NCBI GenBank assembly: GCA_944390455.1
Contig: CALXPU010000007.1
Location: 356 to 64,355 of the forward strand
DNA length: 64,000 nt
Reading direction: 5' to 3'
From: an uncultured Alphaproteobacteria bacterium
Lineage (GTDB): Bacteria > Pseudomonadota > Alphaproteobacteria > RF32 > CAG-239
Numbering within the stretch: position 1 is the first letter of the stretch; each line of letters starts with the position of its first letter. Of the stretch, positions 10,749 to 20,688 are shown piece by piece. The notes under the pieces were generated by a model. The model made no database searches, was not told the origin of the DNA, and worked only from the letters and a program-made list of their open reading frames with translations. The position numbers and the translations under genes are program-made.

Positions 10749-11951
10749 CTAAAATTTGCTCCATTTATCAAAATAATGATTTAAGCGAATTCCATTAAGG
10801 CTCATTAATGCAACAAACATTGTCAAAAATAATAAGAAGTATTGCAAAATTTCAAAATTTCCATAAAGACCAAACATCAAGAGCATAGTATAACTGACAA
10901 TTCGCCCTAAGCCTAGAAATAGCTCTCTAATTACAAAATACTCATTTTTATATTCAATAACTTCCGGAAGATTAGCGACATTAAACATATTAATATCAAC
11001 AATAACACGCATAAACTGAGTAACGACAATAAAACAAAAATTATAAAAAATAAAACTAACTTTATTTGGAACAAAAATAAATATCAGTACCGAAGATATA
11101 ACCAAGACAGCAGCCAACATTAAAATCTTTACAAAATGATGATATTTACAACAACGACCAAACCAAAAATTAAGAACAATGGTAATTGCATAAAAAGCTG
11201 AACTAATCAATCCCAACTTAAAATCTGTTTTGAATAAATAAATAGTATAAAGCGTAATCAAAGTTCCTAAAGTTCCATCAATCGTCATACCTCGACAAAA
11301 CTCTATTTTATAAAGCTGTCGAACATACACAAGATTTTTAGTTTTTTGCCAAAAGGTTTTTATATCCATCGGCGGAAGTTCTTTTCGTGCAGGAGCTTTA
11401 ATTTGACTAAATAAAATAAATTCAAAAACCGATAAAAAAGCTAAAAAAGCCACAGTTTTGAAATAAGAATCAAAAGTAAGGAAAAAACCTAAAATAAGCG
11501 GAGATGCTACACGAATTATATTTTTCAGACTTTCTAAATATCCCTTGAAAGTAATCATTTTTGAAGCAGGTACATTATCTGCCACAATCAAATTAAATGG
11601 GAATGCCTTACAAGACATAATGATACCAAAAACAATACCGCAAAATGGAATATAACTGATTATATCATCTTGCAAATAAATAAAGAACATAAAGCCAATA
11701 AAGGTCGTAATAATCCCCAACTGATACATTAACAACCTATTGCCACGTTTAATCCAATTTCCGGTTAAATACGCCAAAATTGCTACAAACATATAACAAG
11801 TAAGATGATAAATACTAATATCTGTTACACTTTCTTCTGTCTTTCTGAGCAAAAAAGACACCATAAATGTACCAAGAAAGATATCATAAATCTTATTTAT
11901 GCAATTAGTAATAATGAGTAGATAGGTGTTTTTGTTTGTTTTTTCAGACAT
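10749..11951 (-). CDS. MFS-type polytopic transporter
   Basis: 400 aa, about 12 hydrophobic helices, no soluble domain. Family assignment from topology only. Confidence 0.5.
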   Translation of the reverse strand: MSEKTNKNTYLLIITNCINKIYDIFLGTFMVSFLLRKTEESVTDISIYHLTCYMFVAILAYLTGNWIKRGNRLLMYQLGIITTFIGFMFFIYLQDDIISYIPFCGIVFGIIMSCKAFPFNLIVADNVPASKMITFKGYLESLKNIIRVASPLILGFFLTFDSYFKTVAFLAFLSVFEFILFSQIKAPARKELPPMDIKTFWQKTKNLVYVRQLYKIEFCRGMTIDGTLGTLITLYTIYLFKTDFKLGLISSAFYAITIVLNFWFGRCCKYHHFVKILMLAAVLVISSVLIFIFVPNKVSFIFYNFCFIVVTQFMRVIVDINMFNVANLPEVIEYKNEYFVIRELFLGLGRIVSYTMLLMFGLYGNFEILQYFLLFLTMFVALMSLNGIRLNHYFDKWSKF

Positions 11952-12061
11952 TTATTAGTTATTCCGGTTAAGTTCTTCTTGATAGCGTCGGATAATTTTA
12001 TTCATTAGCGGTTTGCAAAAACGGCAAGAGTTCATTTTATTTTCCTGAAGTTGTTTAGTTA

Positions 12062-12089
12062 TAAACTTTATCTTAAAATATAAAGTTTA
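12062..12089. promoter_or_regulatory. perfect 10-bp inverted repeat TAAACTTTAT-N8-ATAAAGTTTA in divergent promoter region (candidate operator)
   Basis: Directly read from sequence. Located between divergent starts at 11951 (-) and 12148 (+). Confidence 0.4.
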
Positions 12090-12147
12090 ATTTTTTTATA
12101 ATATAAGTGCATGTAGAAAATTTGGTTGTAGAGGAACTGTTGCGACG

Positions 12148-12780
12148 ATGGGGATAAAAGAATTGCTCAAAAAATATAATGAACGATTTATGCAGAATAA
12201 TTCGCATGGGGACGAACTGTGTGAAGAGATTTTTGAATTTACTGATCGCTCTTCTTTATTGATTTTGTCTGCACCGCATTCTACGCGCAGTTTTGTGGCT
12301 AAAAGAGAGAAAATGGCGGATTTGTATACCGGAGCTCTTGTTCAATATCTGGGCGAAAAGCATCATGTATCAACGTTAATTCGCACAAAATATACTCCTT
12401 TTAAAGCGTTGATTTCTGATTGTGTTGTGCAAAAAAATCTCGGAGAACATTATTTTTTAGATATTCATGGATTTAATCAGGAAGTCGGTTATGATATTTG
12501 TCTTGGTACGGGAGAGTTTTCTGAAGAGGCGTATCCATATTTGCAGGGTATAGTGAATATTGCACATCAATTTGGGCTGAAAGCGGTTATTAATCATCCA
12601 AATTATATGGGAAAAATAGGGTTAACCGGAAGGTATCAAAAATTTTATAATAAGCCTAACGTGATTCAAGTGGAATTGAAGCAACATTTAAGAGATTTTT
12701 ATGGACATTTTGATGTGGTTAAAAATATTACTCTTCCTTTTTTTGAACAAATTATTCGTCAGTATCAAGCGAATGAGTAG
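12148..12780 (+). CDS. predicted metal-dependent amidohydrolase, N-formylglutamate amidohydrolase (FGase)-like
   Basis: 210 aa. Motifs LILSAPHSTR and LDIHGF resemble the FGase/HutG-like family. Weak assignment. Confidence 0.35.
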   Translation: MGIKELLKKYNERFMQNNSHGDELCEEIFEFTDRSSLLILSAPHSTRSFVAKREKMADLYTGALVQYLGEKHHVSTLIRTKYTPFKALISDCVVQKNLGEHYFLDIHGFNQEVGYDICLGTGEFSEEAYPYLQGIVNIAHQFGLKAVINHPNYMGKIGLTGRYQKFYNKPNVIQVELKQHLRDFYGHFDVVKNITLPFFEQIIRQYQANE

Positions 12781-12867
12781 TTTTGTTATTTTGTTGAGTT
12801 GCGATAAAATGATTGATAAATTTGAGAGATGATTTATATTTAAAGTGTTCAAATTTAGGAGGCATCA

Positions 12868-13338
12868 ATGTCATATGTTGAAGGTACATTATCTCAAGGG
12901 GAAGAAATTAAAGGGAAAGTTCGGCTGCACTGGATAAACTATCTGTTTACTTGGTTTTTATGTCTTCTGGCTTTTTTATTAGTTTTGCTTTGGTTGTTTG
13001 ATGCTACATGGCGCCAAAGTATAGAAGCTCAGATTTTTGTTGGTGCGGTGGTATTATGGGCTGTTTATGACTATTTACGTTTGGCTACAATTGAAATGGT
13101 GCTTACAAATAAACGTGTGATTTTTAAGAAGGGAATTATTAGTGTTAAAACACAGGAACTGAAAACTAGCAAGATTGAGTCTGTTGAAATTAAGCAATCA
13201 ATATTGGGTAGGCTCTTAGGGTATGGAATGTTGATGTTTTCTGGAACCGGAACGGCTAAAGTTCGGTTTACGGCAGTGGATAATCCATGGGAAGTTAAAA
13301 GTCAGGTAGAGACGATTATTGAAAGTTATGCTAACTAA
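12868..13338 (+). CDS. bacterial PH-domain (YdbS/YdbT-like, bPH_2) membrane protein
   Basis: Two N-terminal TM helices then TNKRVIFKKGIIS…ESVEIKQSILGRLLGYG…, typical of membrane-anchored bacterial PH domains. SD aggagg upstream. Confidence 0.5.
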   Translation: MSYVEGTLSQGEEIKGKVRLHWINYLFTWFLCLLAFLLVLLWLFDATWRQSIEAQIFVGAVVLWAVYDYLRLATIEMVLTNKRVIFKKGIISVKTQELKTSKIESVEIKQSILGRLLGYGMLMFSGTGTAKVRFTAVDNPWEVKSQVETIIESYAN

Positions 13339-13374
13339 ATTGGAACTGGTTTGATTTTTTTAATATGTGTAGGC

Positions 13375-13403
13375 TTGACTTTGCTTAAGTTTTTTGGTAT
13401 AAG
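13375..13403 (+). promoter_or_regulatory. sigma70-like promoter TTGACT-N17-TATAAG
   Basis: Seen in sequence immediately upstream of the 13410/13542 ORF. Confidence 0.45.
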
Positions 13404-13541
13404 CTGAGTATGAGCTTGGCAAACGCTCGGATTGTCCGCCAAAGGGTTCGTTGCCGTTGTTGTTTTTTACATAGATTTCTTGAGATGACTTATTCTGCTC
13501 ATCGGACAGGCAAAGTGGTAAGTTATCAGAAAGGAATTGGT

Positions 13542-14933
13542 ATGCGTAAATATCTTGAATTCTTCCGTGTGGAAGCAAAATCTTTATTAAAAAATTTCCA
13601 GAAAAATGAACAAAGTGCGGTTGCCAGATGTGCAGAAGTTTTTGGCGATAAAAAAGATTTATCGTTGATGAATATGCAACATGTGGTGGCTAAAGAATAT
13701 GGTTTTGACAATTGGAACGCTTTGAATAAAGCTGAAAATTGGCAACTTGCCGAAGTGCTGATAAAATCTAAAAATCAAACATTAGCTATGCCTCTTTATG
13801 CCGATGAAAAAAAGGGGAATGTTTATTCTCGGGCTGAACGCTATGAAGTTGGTTTGATTAAAAGCCGTGCGGGAGTGGATTTAGAAAATTTTATTCAAAC
13901 ATCACCGAATGGTTATGCGTCTCCTTTTTTGCAATTAGAAAGATTTGATTTGTCTGATTATGATTTATCAAAAATGAATCCGTTGTTTGTGTCTTTTGAT
14001 GAGTATACACGTTGGCCGGAAGATGTTGCTAAATTGCCTCAAAACTTTAATCCGCAAAAATTTATGGAGCAAAGAAAAAATCCAGGGCTTGGTATTCGTC
14101 GTTTGCATCGGCAAAATCTTGTTGGTCAGGGGCGTGCGATGGCTGTTATTGATGGTTTTCTATTGAGTGATCATTTGGAATATCATGAAAATTTGAAAGG
14201 TTATGAGAGAATTTGTTCAGATGATTTGGGACATGGTGCTAATGGTGGTGCGTTGGTGTCTGCCCTTGTGGGGAAAACTTGTGGAGTAGCCCCGTTTGCC
14301 GATGTTTATTATTTTTCGGCGCAACAGATGGAAAATAATCATCGGACGCAGCGATATTATGCGCAAGCGTTGCAGAAAATTTGTGATATTCATGAGAAAC
14401 TTCTGCAAAATGGGAAAAACGGTATTGATACGGTTTGCATTTTATGGGGAATTACAAGCCCTGTTTTTCAGCAGGATGACGGTGTATCTGAGATGAAAGA
14501 CGCTCTGGAACGAGCTCATAGCTTAAATATTTGGGTTAATAGCGGTGACTTGAAGTTTGAGGGTAAACTGTGGTCTGAAGGACGGATACATTGTACTTAT
14601 AGCGGAGATTTAGATAATCCGATGGATTATGAAGTGATGCCTAACGCTCCCAAAATTCCTTTAGAAGTTAGTGAATTTTGGAAAAACAGATTATGTTTTC
14701 CGGCTGGTGGTCGCACAGTGACGAGAAATGACAGACTAGATGCTTATGCATTTTCGGCTCCGGGGTTTTATCTCAAGCCTTATGAATGCGGATTGTTTGT
14801 ATTGGCAAGGTGTATCAAAAATGATTTGACACCTGAGGAGTTTTGGAAGTTTTCTCTTGAAACAGGAGATTATCGTGCCGGTATGGGGGTGATTGTTAAT
14901 CCGCAAAAATTGATTGATGCTTTAAGAAAATAA
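13542..14933 (+). CDS. hypothetical protein with subtilase-like Asp/His/Ser motif order (possible S8-like peptidase); alternative start 13410
   Basis: AMAVIDGF…LGHGANGGALVSAL…GITSPVF resemble the D/H/S blocks of S8 peptidases but are degenerate. ATG 13542 has an AAGGA SD, while 13410 has none. Confidence 0.4.
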   Translation: MRKYLEFFRVEAKSLLKNFQKNEQSAVARCAEVFGDKKDLSLMNMQHVVAKEYGFDNWNALNKAENWQLAEVLIKSKNQTLAMPLYADEKKGNVYSRAERYEVGLIKSRAGVDLENFIQTSPNGYASPFLQLERFDLSDYDLSKMNPLFVSFDEYTRWPEDVAKLPQNFNPQKFMEQRKNPGLGIRRLHRQNLVGQGRAMAVIDGFLLSDHLEYHENLKGYERICSDDLGHGANGGALVSALVGKTCGVAPFADVYYFSAQQMENNHRTQRYYAQALQKICDIHEKLLQNGKNGIDTVCILWGITSPVFQQDDGVSEMKDALERAHSLNIWVNSGDLKFEGKLWSEGRIHCTYSGDLDNPMDYEVMPNAPKIPLEVSEFWKNRLCFPAGGRTVTRNDRLDAYAFSAPGFYLKPYECGLFVLARCIKNDLTPEEFWKFSLETGDYRAGMGVIVNPQKLIDALRK

Positions 14934-14991
14934 TGTTATACAAGGGAGAGTGAGTGATTGCTCTCCTTTTTTATGATGTAGAGGAATTTGA

Positions 14992-15471
14992 ATGAGTAAG
15001 AATATTGATATTTTAGTAGCAAATGAAGAAGATGCAGAAGATATTGCCCGCCTTTCTTATCAAGTGGGAAAAATGCATGATGATGCGTTGCCGGATTATT
15101 TTAAACCGACACCCGAAGAAGAACATTTGCGGATTATTCAGAATATGCTGAAAGATGAAAATGCCGTTATTTTTAAAGCAGTAGAGGGTGGTAAAATTTG
15201 CGGGTTTATGTGTATGCTTATTCAAGAAAAATCACGCAATGGTTATGTACATTCCAAAGTTGCTTATATTTATAACTTTGGGGTTGATGAAGCTATGCGA
15301 AGCCGTGGAATTGGCGGAAGGATGCTACAAACAGCCGAGAGCTTTTTACAAACGAAAGGTGTTGAAGCTGTGGAGCTCAGTGTCTTTATGTTTAATCAAC
15401 GAGCTTTGACGTTTTATGAAAAAAACGGATATCGTACATTGGATGTTAATTTGCAGAAAATTTTGAAGTAA
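14992..15471 (+). CDS. GNAT family N-acetyltransferase
   Basis: 159 aa. …YIYNFGVDEAMRSRGIGGRMLQ… is acetyl-CoA binding motif A (R/Q-x-x-G-x-G/A). Confidence 0.75.
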   Translation: MSKNIDILVANEEDAEDIARLSYQVGKMHDDALPDYFKPTPEEEHLRIIQNMLKDENAVIFKAVEGGKICGFMCMLIQEKSRNGYVHSKVAYIYNFGVDEAMRSRGIGGRMLQTAESFLQTKGVEAVELSVFMFNQRALTFYEKNGYRTLDVNLQKILK

Positions 15472-15653
15472 AAATATCTATCAGCAATAAAAAAGGGGGC
15501 GAAGTATCGCACCCTTGCTTTATGCTTTTATTATAAAGAGGTAATTCTTTTTTGTCAAGTTCTTTATTTGCAGTTTTGCTGAAATAAGTTATTGATTTTA
15601 CTGTTTATTTTTATGTATTTTCAAGTTCTCATCAAATTTTGGAGGACTTTTTT

Positions 15654-17603
15654 ATGCAAGAACAGAGAGTTTTTCTTGAAAAGTATAATTTTGTAAAATT
15701 TGAATTAGAAAGAATTAAGTCTTTATGGGGATTGAAAAAGGAGCATGCAGAGCAGAAAAGTAGTTATGATATTTCAATTGGGGAAATTATTAAGGAGATT
15801 TTTTCAGAACTTAAATTGTATGCGTTTAAGCCTTGTAAAAAATTGTTATTAGCAATGGCTATATGTGGGGTGTTGAGTGGGATAACCCCTTATTTAAGAA
15901 TGCTTTATATGGGGGAACTTCCCGAACTTTTAAACGGAACAACCAAGGCTATTATTATTTTTTCTTGCTTTATGGCAATGAGTGAACTTAATGGTTATTT
16001 ATTATCAATTTTTTCTACGCGTTCCAGATTTATTCAAGATGAAATGATGGATTTATATGATAATTCTGTGCGGGCGAAAAATTATGTTGAAATTTTGCAT
16101 AAACCCAGAGCCTTATTTAATGTTAACGGTGTGGGGGGATTGCTTGCTATGGCTGAATCTATATTTAGGTATAAACGCTTTATTTTGGATAGATTGTTCA
16201 TTTCTTATAAAGAGTTTATTTCTTTAGTTGTTTGTACGGCTAGTTTGTTTGCTATTGTTCCGCAGTTGGCGTTGTTTATTTTGTTGTTGCAATTTATTTC
16301 AATGGAGTTTGCTCTTTATAATAATAAGTTTTTTAGAAGAGTTGATGAGCGGTTTCGTTTGTTTTCGGCGAAAGTTTATCGCGAAAACGGACAAATCAGC
16401 AGTCTTGCTTCATTGGTGCAAAGTGCTAATAAGGTGGAAAAAGAAAGTAAACGTGTTTATGCCAGGCTTATGCGTAGTTCCGCTAAATTGCGGTTAAAAA
16501 TCTTTAACCGTTTAATGGGGGAAGAAAGTATTCGCCTAATTTTGGATGCGCTTTTAGCTATTGCGGTTTGCTATGTGGCTATTCGGGATATTATTCAAAC
16601 CGGTGATATCGGACGATTGGCTTTAATTTCCGGTGCGGCGATGCAGATGCAAGGACGTTGGCAGAGTGTATTTCGTTTTTATTTTAATGTGGACGAGTAT
16701 AAAAATTTGGTTGCGGATACCAGAAAACGTATGCAACTTCCTAAAGTTTTAGAAAGAGTTACCGGTAATCATCATTTAAGTGTGGCGGATAATTTTATTC
16801 GCTTGGAAAATGTTAGTTTTGCGTATCCGGCTCTTAAACGTATGGAAGAAATAGGCTATCTAACGGAGATTAAATACGGTGCTACGGTTTTAGAGAATGT
16901 ATCGCTTGATATTCGTGCGGGAGGCGTTACTGTTGTGGCCGGAACTTCAGGGCAGGGTAAATCGACATTAATGAGGCTTATTCGACATGATTATGATGTG
17001 CAACAAGGTAAAGTCTTTATCGGAAGTCAGAATGTTTGTGATTTGCCAGATGAGGAAATTAACAAGCATATTGCTTTTATTGGGCAGAGTGTGCAGTTTT
17101 TTGATGCGTCTATTCGTCGTAATCTTACTTATTTGAGTGATGTAACGGATGAAAAACGTTTGCATGAGGTTTTGGATGCAGTTGGATTAACCGAAGATAT
17201 TGCTAAGTTTGAAGAGGGGCTTGACTATAAAATCGGAATTAATGGGAATAAACTTTCCGGTGGTCAACGACAGAGATTGGCTTTGGCGCGAACTTTATTA
17301 ACCAATCGTCCGATTGTGATTATGGATGAGCCAACAACCGGATTGGATCAGGTTTTGAGCTTTCAGGTGATGAAATCTCTTAAAGAATTGGCAAAGCACA
17401 AAACGGTATTGCTGGTTACACATAATCCAACTGAAATTGCTTTGGCGGATAGGGTGCTGATTATCAAAGATAAACATGTTGTTGCGGATGGGGAACCGTT
17501 GCACCTGGTGACACATTCGGAATTTTTGAAATCGGCAATGACAAAGCAAGATGTGTTGAGTAAACGAGAATTATTTATTGCGCATTGTTTGAAGGTTGCG
17601 TAA
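15654..17603 (+). CDS. ABC exporter, fused permease/ATPase, atypical (paralog of 20689..22956)
   Basis: C-terminal NBD with Walker A GTSGQGKST, signature LSGGQRQRLALAR, Walker B IVIMDEPTTGLD and H-loop VTHNP. N-terminal about 5-6 TM helices plus 70-aa soluble leader. GGAGG SD 8 nt before ATG 15654, whereas the track ORF starts at TTG 15639. Confidence 0.8.
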   Translation: MQEQRVFLEKYNFVKFELERIKSLWGLKKEHAEQKSSYDISIGEIIKEIFSELKLYAFKPCKKLLLAMAICGVLSGITPYLRMLYMGELPELLNGTTKAIIIFSCFMAMSELNGYLLSIFSTRSRFIQDEMMDLYDNSVRAKNYVEILHKPRALFNVNGVGGLLAMAESIFRYKRFILDRLFISYKEFISLVVCTASLFAIVPQLALFILLLQFISMEFALYNNKFFRRVDERFRLFSAKVYRENGQISSLASLVQSANKVEKESKRVYARLMRSSAKLRLKIFNRLMGEESIRLILDALLAIAVCYVAIRDIIQTGDIGRLALISGAAMQMQGRWQSVFRFYFNVDEYKNLVADTRKRMQLPKVLERVTGNHHLSVADNFIRLENVSFAYPALKRMEEIGYLTEIKYGATVLENVSLDIRAGGVTVVAGTSGQGKSTLMRLIRHDYDVQQGKVFIGSQNVCDLPDEEINKHIAFIGQSVQFFDASIRRNLTYLSDVTDEKRLHEVLDAVGLTEDIAKFEEGLDYKIGINGNKLSGGQRQRLALARTLLTNRPIVIMDEPTTGLDQVLSFQVMKSLKELAKHKTVLLVTHNPTEIALADRVLIIKDKHVVADGEPLHLVTHSEFLKSAMTKQDVLSKRELFIAHCLKVA

Positions 17604-17641
17604 TATTCTCTAAATTATTTTTTATTTAGAGGGGAAATGAA

Positions 17642-18325
17642 ATGTCCGGAATTGTTGAAAAAGCATTGTTATTTGCTAAAGAATGTCATGCAGGAGATAA
17701 TTCCGGACATGATTTTGAGCATATTTTGCGGGTGATGGCTAATGCCGAAAAGATTTTGATGGAAGAGCCTCTGGCCGATGCTGAAGCTGTACGTGTGGCG
17801 GTGGCTTTGCATGATGTTGATGATTACAAATTAGGTTCTGACGGTGCTCGGGCTAAAAGTTTTTTATCTGAAATCGGCGCTCAAGAAGATTTTGCTAGAA
17901 AAGTATTGGATATCGTTAGTTCTATCGGTTTTTCTAAATCGGGTAGTCATCCAAATTTTCAGATGATTGAGCAGGCGATTGTATCTGATGCGGATAAATT
18001 GGATGCGGTTGGAGCGATTGGAGTTTGTCGTACAGCTATGTATTCGGCGGCGACAAAACGTCCGCTCTTTAATGAGCAAATTTTTCCGGATGAAAATTTA
18101 ACACCAGAACAATATCAAAACAAAAATCGGGCGACAAACCACGCTATTAACCATTTTTTTGATAAATTGCTGAAACTTAAAGGTGCGATGCAGACAAAAG
18201 TCGGTAAAATGGAGGCGGAAAAACGCCATTTGTTTATGATTGCGTTTTTAAGAGAATTTTTTGATGAAGTGCGAGCTGATGAGTGGCAAGAATATTTGGA
18301 TAAATTCTTAAAACAAATTGCTTAG
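17642..18325 (+). CDS. HD-domain phosphohydrolase
   Basis: H…HD motif: FEHILRV … VALHDVDDYK … DADKLDAVG. Confidence 0.7.
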   Translation: MSGIVEKALLFAKECHAGDNSGHDFEHILRVMANAEKILMEEPLADAEAVRVAVALHDVDDYKLGSDGARAKSFLSEIGAQEDFARKVLDIVSSIGFSKSGSHPNFQMIEQAIVSDADKLDAVGAIGVCRTAMYSAATKRPLFNEQIFPDENLTPEQYQNKNRATNHAINHFFDKLLKLKGAMQTKVGKMEAEKRHLFMIAFLREFFDEVRADEWQEYLDKFLKQIA

Positions 18326-18352
18326 TTTTCTTTCTTTTTTCATGGAATAGTA

Positions 18353-18381
18353 TTGACCTTAGACAAAAAATATGGTATTAT
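18353..18381 (+). promoter_or_regulatory. sigma70-like promoter TTGACC-N17-TATTAT
   Basis: Seen in sequence about 150 nt upstream of the 18534 ORF. Confidence 0.45.
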
Positions 18382-18533
18382 CTTCTTGTTTACCGTATTA
18401 TTGTTTCTATAGATTTGAACGTTCTTTAGAGTATTTGCTTTAGGGAGTGATTTGGGTTTTGGACTTTAATTGGTGAGCCGTTAAGGGGAAAATCTTCTTA
18501 ATGTATTTTGTTTTTTTTTAAATTTTTTTAACC

Positions 18534-20144
18534 ATGAGACAAAATGTTTTTGTGCGGATTTTTGCCGCAATCATGAGAGTGTGTTTTCCGCTTATGGCGG
18601 TTAAGTACTTCACCAAGAAAACCAACAAACACGCTGAGTTGTTTTTGCCGAGCGAGGCAAAACAGCTTAAAGCAATTGAAAAGCTGGATTTAGACACCGA
18701 CCAGATACGAGCGCGTGTATGGTCTCTTCAGGTCAAAGTTGCGCGATTGCAACAGAGACACAATGACCTGATTCAGGAGATAAAGACTGAACAGGAGTTT
18801 TCCGCTCTTGTAGAGCGTGCTCATGTAGATATTGTTGCGCAAGCAATGAAGTTCTACACCCCGACACAAGAAATGGCTCTGCGTCTTCTGTCTCAATTCG
18901 GTCTGGATGCGGTTGAGCTGATTAATAAAGCTCCGGCGGCGTTTGATGGGCTTAAGGCCAGCGACATCTTGAGTGTTAAGCCAAATGAGGTTTGCGCCCC
19001 TGATAGTCCTCGTTGGGCTTTTGCAGAGGCTCTGGTCTCTAAGCGTTCGTCTTGGGCGCTTAAGTTTTTGGATGAACTTCGCAAGATGCCTCCGCAAAGA
19101 CTTGGCGAGCTGGGGAAAGCTAAATTTAACTTCTTTTTCAAATTCGCGTATGAGGCGAAGGAGAACGTGGCATTTTTGATGCCATATATGGCGGTTTTCT
19201 TCCCCGAGCTTTATGCTCAGGTGAGAGCGAATTTTTTCTTATATAAGGAATTCGCGCCATATATCACAAAAATGTTGCCTGCGAAGTTGAGATACTTGGA
19301 TAAAGGGAGATATAGTTTTCTCTCCAAGGGGTTTTCTCAGATTTCGGTGGAAGGGCAGCTTGATGAAGTCGGAGATGCCTATGCTTGGCTTAGTATTGCC
19401 TATTATAGGATGAATGAGCCGGCGGTTTATGAGCTTATCATTTCCAAGATGAGCGATATTAAGCCGATGGTGTCTGAGTCAATTTACAGTCAGCTTCTTG
19501 ATAGACTGATTGCATTGGCGAATTGTCCGGCGGATGTTTCTCGTCTGCTAAGTCTGGCTGATGACAAACGGAAGCAGGTTCTCTACCATAAAATGGTGGA
19601 GAAAAAATATGCAGTACTTTTGGCTGCTCAATATCCGTTCTCTTCATGGGAGGATAAAGAGCTAATCAAAAGTGCTTTACGTATTGTCATTACCGACAAT
19701 CATTTTCCTTTGGCAAAAATGCACGAACTTCCTGAGGATTTGCAGGAATTTGCAACTTACCAAATGGAAGTATCTGCTCAGATTGCTGCTTTAAAAAGTG
19801 ATATCTTCAAAAATGTAGGGTATCATTTGCTTCCTGAGGTAGAAATCTATCTGGTGCTGATGGATCCGCGGTACTCCTTGAAGTATCAGAAACTCTATGT
19901 TGATGAATTTAAATTGTCTGAAAAGGCATTTAATGCTTTGATACATAGAGAAACTGTTAAACTTCAAGATCAGGTGGTTTTTCCTGATGTTTTGGTTGGC
20001 AAATATGCAGCCAAATGGGGACTGACGGATGAGCAGTATCAAGCATTACTGCAGACACCGATGAAGAAATATACCCTTCAGTGGAAGGAGTATATTAAGA
20101 AACCGGAAGTTTCACATGTTTATCATAACGAAACAGAAGGGTAA
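18534..20144 (+). CDS. hypothetical alpha-helical protein (536 aa), compositionally foreign
   Basis: Long ORF with markedly higher GC and GCG/CTG-rich codon usage than neighbours. No recognisable motifs. Followed by a strong terminator. Confidence 0.55.
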   Translation: MRQNVFVRIFAAIMRVCFPLMAVKYFTKKTNKHAELFLPSEAKQLKAIEKLDLDTDQIRARVWSLQVKVARLQQRHNDLIQEIKTEQEFSALVERAHVDIVAQAMKFYTPTQEMALRLLSQFGLDAVELINKAPAAFDGLKASDILSVKPNEVCAPDSPRWAFAEALVSKRSSWALKFLDELRKMPPQRLGELGKAKFNFFFKFAYEAKENVAFLMPYMAVFFPELYAQVRANFFLYKEFAPYITKMLPAKLRYLDKGRYSFLSKGFSQISVEGQLDEVGDAYAWLSIAYYRMNEPAVYELIISKMSDIKPMVSESIYSQLLDRLIALANCPADVSRLLSLADDKRKQVLYHKMVEKKYAVLLAAQYPFSSWEDKELIKSALRIVITDNHFPLAKMHELPEDLQEFATYQMEVSAQIAALKSDIFKNVGYHLLPEVEIYLVLMDPRYSLKYQKLYVDEFKLSEKAFNALIHRETVKLQDQVVFPDVLVGKYAAKWGLTDEQYQALLQTPMKKYTLQWKEYIKKPEVSHVYHNETEG

Positions 20145-20160
20145 ACTTTAAAGAACAATT

Positions 20161-20196
20161 ATATGGGGTGACGTGAGTCATCCCATATTTTTTTGT
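20161..20196 (+). terminator. rho-independent terminator
   Basis: atatggggtgac-gtga-gtcatcccatat 12-bp stem followed by TTTTTTT. Confidence 0.75.
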
Positions 20197-20270
20197 CTTA
20201 TTATAAATTAGTTGTTGTATTTTTCTATTTTTTATATATCTTTTATTTTATATACAAATTTCTTTAGAAC

Positions 20271-20516
20271 TTGGAGCAAGCTATGCTAGATAGAGTTGAT
20301 GCTTTAGATGTAAAACAGTTTCGGGGGCGAAGCGTTTTTTATTACCAGTCTATTCGGCCGTCTATATACAAAGATAATACGTTTAAACGTGGGTATGGTA
20401 ATGATATGTGTTTTGTGGAAGAAAGAACTCAACAAAATGGATATAAAAATGCACGGGCCAGAGTTATTGATGGTGGTGTAGGACGGTTGACCGCATTGCC
20501 ACCGATTTATTGGTAA
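20271..20516 (+). CDS. small hypothetical protein (81 aa)
   Basis: ORF only. Moderate GC. No motif support. Confidence 0.25.
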   Translation: MEQAMLDRVDALDVKQFRGRSVFYYQSIRPSIYKDNTFKRGYGNDMCFVEERTQQNGYKNARARVIDGGVGRLTALPPIYW

Positions 20517-20688
20517 GGTGTTTGTTGTTGCCTTTTGATGGATGAGTATAGCTTTTTGTGACTTGCGTATTGTTGCTTTGAAATTTTTGTTTTATTGACC
20601 TTTTGAGGTCTTTTTTTGTGCTTGTTTTATGTGGTTTTTTGTGGTAAAATCTCTCTAATAGATGCCTAAATGTTAGGGAGATTTGAAA

